This document shows positions 23,109-34,144 of a DNA stretch of 64,000 bases, piece by piece; the first letter of the stretch is position 1, and each line of letters begins with the position of its first letter. The notes below the pieces were generated by a model. It had not been told where the DNA came from. It did not search any database and saw only the letters and a program-made list of their open reading frames with translations. The DNA comes from Gracilinanus agilis. Lineage: Eukaryota. Position numbers and translations under genes: made by a program. The DNA is taken from contig NC_058135.1 of assembly GCF_016433145.1 (NCBI RefSeq), forward strand, positions 275,501,126-275,565,125. Direction: 5' to 3'.

Positions 23109-24380
23109 AATCAATCAGAAAGCATTTATTAAGTGTCTATTATGTATCGGGAACTTTATTGAATTCTAGAGAGTCCAACAAAATGGCAATAATGTTTTTT
23201 GTGGGGATGAGATAGAAATGTTAGAAACAACATTTAAAAACTATACACAAAAATATATACACAGTATGATTCATAGTGTTAAAGCATTAACTAAAATATA
23301 GTAAAATATTTATTATGGAAGATTGAGTTTTAGCTGTCACTTGAAAGAAACAAGAAAAGTCAGAAAGTAGCATCTAAAATTCCAATCATGAGAGTCATTT
23401 AATGAAAATATCTCATATCTTGAGATCAAATGTGTTCCTTGAAGGACTGAAAATTACTTGTGTCAGTGCATTAAAAAAGGGGAATTAGCAGCTGTGGAGG
23501 AAGGAATATTGTGTAAAATATTCAAAAAGTAAGATGGTTACAGATTGTTAAGGACTTTGAGTGTCAAAAAGATAATTTGAGGGTCATATATTTTATATCA
23601 GAAGTGATAATCACTGAGGTTTATTGAATAAGTACTGAGTTGTGACAGTGGTCAGAGCAGTGTTTTAGGAAGATGAATCTAACAGCTTAGTGAAGGGTAG
23701 AATTGAGTGAGGAGAGATTAGAGCCAAGGGGTATAAGGATTAGATTATTGCAATAGTCCAGGCATAAGTAATTATGAGAATGCATGGCAGTACATTGTCC
23801 TGTGTATATCAATGCACTAGAGGCAGTGTTAAAAAGAAAGAAGGAAATGTATAGGCAACATGTTATGTTGAGAAAAACTTTACAGGATTTCACAACAGAT
23901 GAGATATGAAAGGATGAGAGAGAGAATTAGAAGATGACAATTAGAGTCCTACCTAGGTTGACTGAAAGAATGACAGTGTCCTCAATTAAAATAGGGATGT
24001 TTTCTAAAAATAAGAAATCTAATTAATTCTAAAAACAAGTAAAGGTTTCTGAGCTTAAAATCTGAAAAATAAAATAAAATAAAATAGGGATGTTTAAAAG
24101 GGGATTTTTTGTGGGGGTGAAGCATTGAACTCAATTTTATATATTTTGAATTTAATGTCTATGAGAATGTAACTAGGTGTGTCTAATAGGGAGGTAAAGA
24201 TATAATTCTGTTACTTAAGAGAGAGATTAAGACTGGCTAGTTAGATATGGGGATAATCAGCATAAAAATGAGAAGTAAATTCATGTGAGCTACTAAGATC
24301 ACTAAGATTAATGGAATAGAGAGACAAGAGAAGAGGGCCCACAAAATAGTCCTGGAAGATCATCAAAAATACATTAAAAA
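23109..24380 (-). mobile_element. L2 LINE 3' region
   Basis: L2 3' terminus caatcaatcagaaagcatttattaagtgtctattatg, plus typical L2 body (gattattgcaatagtccaggc, gaagatgac, gaaagaatgacagtgtcctc). Confidence 0.75.
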
Positions 24381-24577
24381 GGGGACAGCTGGGTAGCTCA
24401 GTGGATTGAGAGCCAGGCCTAGAGACAGGAGGTCCTAGGTTCAAATCCGGCCTCAGACACTTCCCAGCTGTGTGACCCTGGGCAAGTCACTTGGCCCCCA
24501 TTGACTACCCTTACCACTCTTCCACCTATAAGTCAATACACAGAAGGTAAAGGGTTTAAAATAAAAAAAAATCTAAA
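24381..24577 (+). mobile_element. SINE1_Mdo-like SINE (short 3' form)
   Basis: Nearly identical to the 6491 copy. TSD aaaaataca(t/a)taaaaa at 24365-24380 and 24578-24593. Confidence 0.93.
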
Positions 24578-24624
24578 AAAAATACAATAAAAAACAAACA
24601 AAGAGATCTATGTCATTCCCTAAT

Positions 24625-24940
24625 CAATAAACTTAAGTAGCTCTCCATTAAATTCGGGTTTAAATATAAAATTTTCTTTGGTGCTAAAAGTTCTTCAAAA
24701 CCTTAAACCTCTTTACCTTGCTATTTTCTTATATCTTCCACAACTCCACATACTCTTTGATCCACTGACAATGATCTCATTGTTGTTGCTCAAAGACACT
24801 CCATTTCTCAAATTCATAAATGTTTAGAGGTTATCCTACATGGATAGAATGCTTATCTTCTGTATCTCTGCCTCCTTCTTTCCCTAATTTCCTACAATTC
24901 TCAGCTAAAGTACAACATTCTGCAAGAAAATTCTCTTGCT
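24625..24940 (+). mobile_element. L2 fragment
   Basis: Pyrimidine-rich L2-like sequence (actccacatactctttgatcca, tagaatgcttatcttctgtatctctgcctcc, tctcagctaaa). Confidence 0.6.
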
Positions 24941-25539
24941 TCCTTTCAACAAACATATCTGTTTTGCTAAAATTATTACCAGCTTTGGTTTTCTTGAATA
25001 TATCTTGATTATGCAGAGTTGATTACTTGCTGTCTCATTAGCTTGTGAAGTTTTTGAGGGCATGAAACTTTTATTGTCACATTGTATAATATATATTAAG
25101 TGCCTATTAAGTTTTTGGTTCAATTTGGTTTATCCTAAATCCTCTATAATATTCAAAACTTGATCGTAGTACATTAATAATTATATCTATTTTTCCCCTT
25201 CTAGTTCCCAAAAGAAAATGAGAGAAGTAAGTACCAGACTTCTGAGCCATAGAATTTGAACTCAACAAAGGTAACTAAATGCTGCTTTTTCTTATTCTTT
25301 ATTTTGAGGATTTATGTATTATTACCTACATTTATTCTTATTTTTACCATTCGATTATATTTCCCTTTGACAGACAAGGAAAAAAAAAACAGAAATAAGA
25401 TAGTAAAGGAGCAGCTTTGCCTTCTATTGGTATTAAATTCTCAACATCTACCTCACTATGAGCAGAGGTCATATGCTTTCTCTATTCTCTTTTATAATCT
25501 GTATAGCCTTAATGCAGAACACCATAATCAAAGTAACAA

Positions 25540-25790
25540 AAATCTGGGTTCAAACCCTGCCTTTGATAAAAAGTTAACTGAGTAGTCCTTGAGAAAAAGT
25601 GACTTCATCTGTTTTACATTTTAGTTTTCTTATTTATAAAATGTTAATAGTAGTAGGACTTAGGTTTTGTTGTGAAGATGAAATGAGACAATGAAATTAA
25701 AATACTTTTAAAACCATAAACAAATATATGCAAATAATAGCATAACCATGACCATCATGATTGTAATCAATTTCATCATTATTATTACTA
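25540..25790 (+). mobile_element. MIR
   Basis: ctgggttcaaaccctgcc B box, ttttcttatttataaaatg core, gttgtgaagatgaaatgaga tail. Confidence 0.6.
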
Positions 25791-26860
25791 TTATTTTTAT
25801 TAGCCTTAGTTTGTCAAGACTGCTTCAGCTCATTTTGAGATCTAAAACTATTTACTTTATTCCCATGGGACCATATCATTCTTTTCTATGAAATTTCAGT
25901 TGTTTTTTTTTTTTAATTTAAGCAAAGTATATAAGATATGAATAATATTTGAGCTCTGTATTCCTTTCCCACCTTTTATACAAATATAATTAGTATAATA
26001 GTCATGATCTTTAATATAAATAAAAAAATAGATTCTTGGATTTGTAGATGTGACAAGCTCTTCAAAAGACTTAAACTAGACATGATCTTGTTTAAGATTA
26101 TCATATTTCATATTTCAATATCCAAATTGTCTCTGAGAGAGGAAGTTCCTCTTTGGAACCAAAGAATTCTAAGATATGGAGGGAAATTTTCAACTTTGTT
26201 TGCTGAATCTTAATCCCAGAGTAGGATAACAAGATTAAAAAATAACAAGGACTTCTAGACTTCATCGAGACATGAAAAGATATCTGCTTTATTCCAAAGA
26301 ATTGAAACTGATGAAGTGAAATAGCTGATACTTACCTTCATCTGATGGGATAAACTCCTTTTCATCTGATTATTTCTCACATTGATGGATATATGGATAT
26401 ATTTAATATTAAAATGTATATAATGATGAGCATATGCATAGTGACTTATCCTTAGTAAAGCTCATTACAATCATCATGTCATTTGATGTACGCAACAGAA
26501 CTGGAACAAAGATGTTACAAGTTAATAATATTTATCTTTTTACAGGTGAGGAAACTAATGTTTTTAGGATTTCTATAGCTTTACTCGGGTAACCTTTATA
26601 TGAAGTTTTGGAATTGAGGTTTCAATTAAAATTTCTTTTGATTTCAGAATTGGTACTATTATCATGGCCTGTGCTACCATAGGAAATACAAAGACCAAGC
26701 TCTCCAGCAAAATAACATTCGAGTTTATTGCTATCAGAAATCTTTAAATGGAAAGAATGCCTATTCTGAGTAACTCTATTGGGAAAGCCCTTCTCCCTGG
26801 CCACATATGCTTACTTAATGAGAAGTGAAGTCTTCTGATTCTAAATCCAGAATTCCTTAT

Positions 26861-27058
26861 TTTTTTAACCCTTACCTTTCATCTTAGAATTAATAATTTG
26901 TATTGGGTCCAAGGCAGAAGAATAGTAATGGCTAGTCAATGTGGGTTAAGTGACTTGCCTAGGGTCACACAGCTTACACATTACTGAGTCCAGATTTAAA
27001 CCCAGGACTTTACATCTCGGGACCTGGCTTTCAATCCACTAAGCTATCTAGCTGCCCC
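26861..27058 (-). mobile_element. SINE1_Mdo-like SINE (long 3' form)
   Basis: Reverse-complement head tcaatccactaagctatctagctgcccc and tail aacccttacctttcatcttagaatt. Confidence 0.88.
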
Positions 27059-27313
27059 TGAAATTCAAGATTCAAAACATACAGTAATGGATCAAAGTTA
27101 AAAATAGGGAATGTTCAATAAAGGTATAGAACTGGATGATTATTGATACCATCTTGGTTTTGCCACTTGTCTAACACAAAGAAAATCATAGTGCTTCTCT
27201 CTAGTTAATTTTCTAGTGTAAAATGTTAATAATGATATTTGATTTCCCACCTTTACTAGAGTATTTTGAGAAAAACATTGAGTAAAGGGTGAGATGCTCT
27301 CTATGTTGGTTAC

Positions 27314-28249
27314 TATTTTATTTATTTATTTATTTGTTTGTTTGTTTGTTTATTTATTTAATAATTTTTATTTTTTAGAAAAGTTAACATGGTTACATGA
27401 TACATGCTCTTACTTTCCCCTTCACCTCCCAACTCCCCTCCCCATAGCCGATGCTCATTTCCACTGGTTTTAACATATGTCATTGATCAAGACCTATTTC
27501 CAAATTGTTGATAGTTGCACTGGAGTGGTAGTTTCGACTCCACATCCCCAATCATGTCTGCCTCAACCCACGTGTTCAAGCAGTTGCTTTTCTTCTGTGT
27601 TTCCACTCCTGCAGTTCTTCCTCCGAATGTGGGTAGTGTTCTTTACCATAAGTCCCTCAGAACTGTCCTGGGTCATTGCATTGCTGCTAGTACAGAAGTC
27701 CATTACATTTTATTTTACCACAGTGTATTGGTCTCTGTGTACAATGTTCTTTTGGCTCCGCTCCTTTCACTCTGCATCAATTCCTGGAGGTCTTTCCAGT
27801 TCACATGGAATTCCTCCAGTTTATTATTCCTTTGAGCACAATAGTATTCCATCACCAGCATATACAACAATTTGTTAAGCCATTCCCCAATTGAAGGGCA
27901 TACCGTCATTTTCCAGTTTTTTGCCACCACAAAAAGCACGGCTATAAATATTTTTGTACAAGTCTGTTTATCTATGATCTCTTTGGGGTATAAACACAAC
28001 ACTGCTATGGCTGGATCAAAGGGCAGGCATTCTTTTATAGCCCTTTTAACGTAGTTCAAAATTGCCAGCCAGAAGGGTTGGATCAGTTCACAACTCCACC
28101 AGCAATGCATTAATGTCCCAATTTTGCCACATCCCCTCCAACATTCATTGCTCTCCCTTTCTCTCATTTTAGCCAATCTGCTAGGGGTGAGGTGATACCT
28201 CAGAGTTGTTTTGATTTTCATTTCTCAAATTATTAGAGATTTATAGCAC
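27314..28249 (-). mobile_element. Young L1 3' end (ORF2 C-terminal 168-aa ORF, 3' UTR, (TTTA)/(TTTG) tail), running into the assembly gap
   Basis: ORF 27715-28221 contains the L1 ORF2p C-terminal Cys/His motif CWRGCGKIGTLMHCWWSC and CPSIGEWLNKL...EYYCA. Tail microsatellite at 27314-27362. Confidence 0.93.
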
Positions 28250-28384
28250 NNNNNNNNNNNNNNNNNNNNNNNNNNNNNNNNNNNNNNNNNNNNNNNNNNN
28301 NNNNNNNNNNNNNNNNNNNNNNNNNNNNNNNNNNNNNNNNNNNNNNNNNNNNNNNNNNNNNNNNNNNNNNNNNNNNNNNNNNNN
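28250..28384. other. Assembly gap (135 N)
   Basis: Run of N read directly. Confidence 0.99.
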
Positions 28385-28901
28385 TGACAACAGTAAGAAT
28401 GACCTATCCTAGTTCAATTAGTTGAAATAATATCTCAGCATATATTACTCTAACACCTCAAAAACCTGTAGCCCTCAACTTCTCTACAAAATCTTTCTAG
28501 AATCTAATATTGTTTGTATTATCAACTAGATTATTAGATAATGGCTCAATATATTTATCTTTTAGTTATGGAGAGTAGAATTATAGTAATTACACTGGAT
28601 TAAGAATCAGAAAATAATAGCTTTAAGTATAACCTCTCATATATAATAGATGTATTACATTTGATCATTTTAAATCATATTTTGCTCTTCTTACAAATGG
28701 TGGGGTAATTACTCTATAATTTTAGTATTACTCTCATCTCTAAAGCTCTTGAATTTTTGTATAGAATGATCTTCAAAGGGCTTAACAGTTTCTGATAAAT
28801 CATTCATGCTAAATGACCGTTTAGTATTTGACTACACCCAAAGAAGAGAAGGTGAAAAGGCAGAGTGAAACTTCAATAGATTATGGTTAATTGAGTGAAT
28901 T

Positions 28902-29091
28902 ATTTTTATTTATTTATTTTTACATTTTTAAACCCTTAATTTCTGTGTATTGGTTCCTAGATGGAAGAGTGGTAAGGTTGGACAATGGGGGTCAAGTGAA
29001 TTGTGCAGGGTCACACAGCTGGGAAGTGTTTGAGGGCAGCTTTGAACCTAGGACTTCCCATCTCTAGGTCTGACTCTCAATCCACTGCCCC
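28902..29091 (-). mobile_element. SINE1_Mdo-like SINE (short 3' form, small deletion in the A-box region)
   Basis: aacccttaatttctgtgtattggttcctag tail, and head ctcaatccact|gcccc lacking about 13 nt. Confidence 0.88.
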
Positions 29092-30006
29092 TAGAAGGAT
29101 TTTTAAATCCTTAAATTGTGTTCAATGGATTTGTTAGTTTTGCTAACAAGTTTGATTTATACTGACCTTGCAATCCTATACGTCCTGTCCTTTGAACTAA
29201 AACAAAACACAACACAAAGCTTGGAGACATGACTCTCTACATGTACTAGAAAATAATTGAGTTCATGCTCCCCAGATAAAAACTGTATTTTTTCATAATA
29301 TGATTTTTCTTTTATTTTTGGCTCAAATGCTAGATTTTTCCAGATTATTCCAACTTTACTGTGTTTTATAAAATCTCAATGTTATTTCATAAAAGTCCTC
29401 TAATTCCTTAAACATTTGGGACTTTATTCTTCTAAGGAAGTAATAGGATTTTTACACTCCAACCTGATTAGAACATTACATTTTATCATTGCCAATTCTT
29501 GGTGTTTAATATTTATGTAGTAAACAATTTTACATGAAGAGGAGATTCCTAAGTATTAGCTAACATAAATGTTATGTACTCTAATCATTGCTGTTTTAAA
29601 TAGTGTGAAAATGTTCAAGAAAAATATAAGGCACTTCCTAAAATTTTCATCCAGATATAAAATTATAAACCATTTCTCATAAAAAGTGCCATATTAAATG
29701 CATTCCCTGGCTCTAAATACTTTCTTGTTTCCACAAGAGATATGAACAATTGATAATCCTGATTATAATTTTCAAAGATATTTAATTTTATTTATCTTTC
29801 CTCAATGAATCTAGAAAATGCAAAACAAATGTACTCTGTTCTCCAATAGTTTGTGTCATATTAGAGAATTTAAACAAACATATTGATTCTCCCACAAATA
29901 CCCTAAACTGTTTCTCAACCAAGTCATTTACCAAGAGCTACTCCAGCACACTTCAGTCCTTGATCTTATAATTAGCCACAAAAGTATCGCCTAAATTATT
30001 TATCCT

Positions 30007-32080
30007 TGAACATAGAATAGTATACCTGTCAGATCTATGGGAAAGGGAAGATTTTAAAGCCAAGCAAGAGTTAGAAAAAATTACAAAATATAAAATAAAT
30101 TATTTTGATTATATTAAATTAAAAAGTTTTTGTACAAACAAAAACAATGCAACCAAAATCAGAAGGGAAACGACAAACTGGGGAAAAGCCTTTATAACAA
30201 AAAACTCTGAAAGAGGTCTAATTACTCAAATACACAAGGAGCTAAATCAATTGTATAAAAAAATCAAGCCATTCCCCTGTTGAGAAATGGGCAAGGGACA
30301 TGAATAGGCAATTTCTAGATAAAGAAATCAAAATTATCAATAAGCACATGAGAAAGTGTTCTAAATCTCTAATAATTAGAGAAATGCAAATCAAAACAAC
30401 TCTGAGGTACCACCTCACACCTATAGCAGATTGGCTAAAATGATAGCAAGGGAGAGTAATGAATGTTGGAGAGGATATGGCAAAATTGGGATATTAATGC
30501 ATTGCTGATGGAGTTGTGAACTGATCCAACCATTCTGGATGGCAATTTGGAACTATGCCCAAAGAGTTCTAAAAGACTACCTGCCCTTTGATTCAGCCAT
30601 AGCAGTGCTGGGTTTGTACCCCAAAGAGATCATAGATAAAGAGACATATACAAAGATATTTATAGCCACGCGTTTTGTGGTGGCAAAAAACTGGAAAACA
30701 AGGGAATGCCCTTCAATTGGGGAATGGCTGAACAAATTGTGGTATATTCTGGTGATGGAATACTATTGTGCTCAAAGGAATAATAAACTAAGAGGAATTC
30801 CATGTGAACTGGAAAGACCTCCAGGAATTGATGCAGAGTGAAAGGAGTAGAGCCAGAAGAACATTGTACACAGAGACTGATACACTGTGGTAAAATCGAA
30901 TGTAATGGACTTCTGTACTGGCAGCAATGCAATGACCCAGGACAATTCTGAGGGATTTATGAAATAGAACACTACCCACATTCAGAGGAGGAACTGCAGG
31001 AGTGGAAACACAGAAGAAAAACAACTACTTGAACACATGAGTTGATGCGGACATGATTTGGGATGTAGACTCTAAATGACCACACCAATGCAACTATAAA
31101 TAATATGTAAATAAGTCTTGACTGAATGCACATATTAAAACCAGTAGAAATGTATAGAGATCGATATTCTATAACCAGAGACTAATTTGAGTGGCCTGGG
31201 TGGTCGTTGGACGCAAAGAATGAAACAGACTGGAAGCACGGCTTGTTAGCTCATTGTACTTCAAAAAATACTGAAGTAGCCACTTTATTATAAAGGAAAT
31301 TAAAGATCCCTTTCCCCCAAAAGCCCAAGAAAGTTTCCCACAGTTACAGAGAGCAAGATTTTTACTATAGTCAAAACAAAAGCCTTAGAAGCCTTCAAGG
31401 CGTAGTCAAAAACCTATGCTAAACTATCAACTACATGTGTTATCTTTAAGTGGAGCCTGGGATATCTCCATTAGGTCAGAAAGCCCCATCAGTTTCTCGG
31501 CCTTGATGGTATTAAACAATTTTTTGAGCCTCATTATTTTACTTTAATTTTGGGCAAAATGCCCTGCCAAGGGTTCAGCCTTGGCTGTACCAGCCATCTG
31601 TGTTCTCGGGTAAAGGGGAACAGAGTTAGCCCCGCTCCTGCTGGAGTGCTGAGAGCCCAAAGCTTTTTCAATAAGACTATAATGTATTTTGAAGGAAGGT
31701 GAGAATTATGAAAGGAATCAAAAGAGGAATCTCAGATTTTTATCTTAGATATCCCACACCTGTCTCATCCCTATTTAGGGTGGAAAGATAAATACACGGC
31801 TCTGCAGGTCTGTATTGATCTTTTGAGGGGGTCCAGATAAAAATATCTACTTGAGATTCTAATTTCTTTTAATAGCTCCCGACAGAAATGTGCATTGGAT
31901 ATGGGTGGGGAGGAGCTAAAGGGGGAGTGAAGGGGAAAGTAAAAACATGAATCATGTAACCATGGAAAATTGTTTCTAAAAAAATAAAATATTTAAATCA
32001 TAAAAAATGTCATTTGGAAATATTTGACAAAATAAATGAAAAATACAATAGAATAAAGATTATGTTAATAAAAATTTAAT
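30007..32080 (+). mobile_element. 5'-truncated L1 (ORF2 C-terminus plus 3' UTR) with a nested solo LTR and extra 3' sequence
   Basis: ORF2 remnants (ORF 30539-30841). The 3' UTR resumes at 31885. TSD taaa(t/a)tatttatcct at 29992-30006 and 32081-32095. Confidence 0.9.
31151..31884 (-). mobile_element. Solo LTR (734 bp), ERV class I-like, antisense to the host L1
   Basis: TG at 31151 and CA at 31884, 4-bp TSD GAAA (31147-31150 and 31885-31888). The L1 rejoins as ccagtagaaa|tgtgcattgg. Minus-strand AATAAA at 31284-31289 leaves a U5-sized segment of about 130 nt. Confidence 0.85.
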
Positions 32081-32619
32081 TAAAATATTTATCCTACCTT
32101 ACTTCTATAATATAAATCCAAACTACTCTCAATTGCCTTTATTTTTAAACATAGCTTGTTAGGACTTTTAACATAATTAATAATTATTCTCAGATTATCT
32201 ATGCCTTTCCTTAATCTTAGTGTCCTAAATTAAAAGCATTATTTCTTCAGAGATGGCCAAATCAAATAAAGAGCTGCTAAGAGAGAAATGCCAGCCCAGA
32301 GACAGGCACTGAAGCACAGAACTCAACTAGGCTTCCTTCTCTCTCTTTTCAAACCATTTTGGCTCTATCTCATTTTTCTTGGCCAATGGCTTTCAAATAT
32401 CATGTTATCTGTCCTTCTGTCAATATTACGCTATCTCTAGCACATTGACACTAGGGACCTTCATGCTGTTGCTGGCTGTGCAGGTACACAGTTTCAGGGC
32501 ATCAGACATGTGACTCTGTGACACCTATGTCCCACCACTGGGGTACTCAGGATCAAAGTCCTTTAAATCATTTACTTCAAACACACACACACACATAAAA
32601 CTGCTAGACCACCTTGCTT

Positions 32620-33365
32620 AACATTTTTTCAAAGATTAACTTGATATGCTTGACCTTTTATTCTTCCAGATTAATTTTATTATTTGTCTATATCTGAATT
32701 AATTTGATAGTTTTATTGTTATGGCACTGAATAAATAAATTAACCAAGGTAGAATTTATTATATTGACTCAGCTTACACATGAGCAATTAATTTTTTCAA
32801 TTGTCTTCAAATATTTCATCATATAATCTACAAACAGCAATAGAACTCTTTCCTCAATTGTCTATTTTTTAAAACTTTTATCTTCCATCTTAGAATCAAT
32901 ATTGTATATGAGTTATAAGACAGAAGAGTTGTAAGGGCTAGGCAATGGGGGTTTAAGTGACTTTCACAGTCACACAGCTATGAAGTATCTGAGACCAAAT
33001 TTGAATCCAGAAGTTCCAGTGTCTAGATCTATCTCTCAATCCACTGAGCTGTCCAGTTTCTCCTTGCATTGCCTATTTTTATTCCATCAAGTTATCTTTT
33101 ATTATTTTATTGTTATAGTTAAAATATCTAGTACAATATTCATTTCTTTACCTAATTTTTCCTTTACTGGTCTTATTTTAATTTGAAATTAACTCCTCTA
33201 GGAATTCTTTTTGGTTTTGTGATCAATTTACATTTTTTTTTCCTTTGAGTCATTGCTTTTAGCTGTTTTGATTTTGCTGTCTTCTGAGTTTGTGTCTTGA
33301 GCTTTCTTTACTGTAGTAATTCTTATGGTCAGCTTCTTTTTGGTGATTTGTGCATTTTCTAATGT
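32620..33365 (-). mobile_element. Degraded old L1 pieces (ORF2 at 32620-32830 and about 33100-33150; ORF1 N-terminus at about 33225-33365), interrupted by a SINE
   Basis: ttgatatgcttgacc...ttcttccagattaattttattatt and tatggcactgaataaataaatt are L1 ORF2-like. KKKLTIRITTVKKAQDTNSEDSKIKTAKS resembles the marsupial ORF1p N-terminus. Confidence 0.55.
32864..33063 (-). mobile_element. SINE1_Mdo-like SINE (long 3' form, diverged)
   Basis: tcttccatcttagaatcaatattg tail and ctcaatccactgagctgtccag head. Confidence 0.85.
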
Positions 33366-33520
33366 ATTTCTTTCCTTCCTTCCTTTCTTACTTCCTTCCT
33401 CTATTCCTTCCTTCCTTCCTTTATTCCTTCCTTTCTCCCTTCTTCCTTCCCTTTCCTTAGTTTCCTTTCCATTTGTTTCCCATCTTTTCCCTTCCTTTCT
33501 CTTCCCTTTCCTTTCCTTTT
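33365..33520. repeat. (CCTT)n-like pyrimidine low-complexity tract
   Basis: ttccttccttcctttcttacttccttcctctattccttccttccttcc..., read directly. Confidence 0.85.
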
Positions 33521-34144
33521 CAAGATTATTAAAAGAAAAAATAAACCAATGGCATAGACTACTCATATCATAGGCAATAATTGACTTTTTTTTTAAAAAA
33601 AAGAACATATATTTTCTTAAAACTAGTAATAAGACCACTTCTACCCTTATACTTTCCATTTCAATTTTTTAAAATTCCCCATTCAACATTTAAATCCCTT
33701 TATAATCTACCTCTTCAATGGTAATAAGATATGTGTTGTGGTCACAAAGACAATTCACAGATCCATCTTATAATATGATCTACAAATGGAGGATTCTTCT
33801 TGGACATCTTAATGTAGAATTGCATAATAACCTCAGTTTTCTGTATTTTTTCCAGCCATTTCATGACATTCATCTAATAATTTTATCTAATTATCTCATT
33901 TTATCATTTCGCTTTAATAAGAAAGATAATTCCTTAAAATTATTATCATAACTATAGAATAAGTTTATTCTTCAAAATTATATAAATTCCTTTTCTTTCA
34001 TGCCTAGGATGACAACAAATATTTCCAGGAGCTGAGAAGGTGAAAATGATGGAAATTTCAAAGGCAGATAGAAAGAAAACAGGAATCAGCTTTCTAGAGA
34101 AATTGTGAGCAAAATAAGCATATAGAAAATATTGATTTTTAATT

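Noticed and set aside
33228-33659. 143-aa Lys/Glu/Arg-rich ORF
   Set aside because: It is a translation of the (CCTT)n tract joined to an L1 ORF1 remnant.
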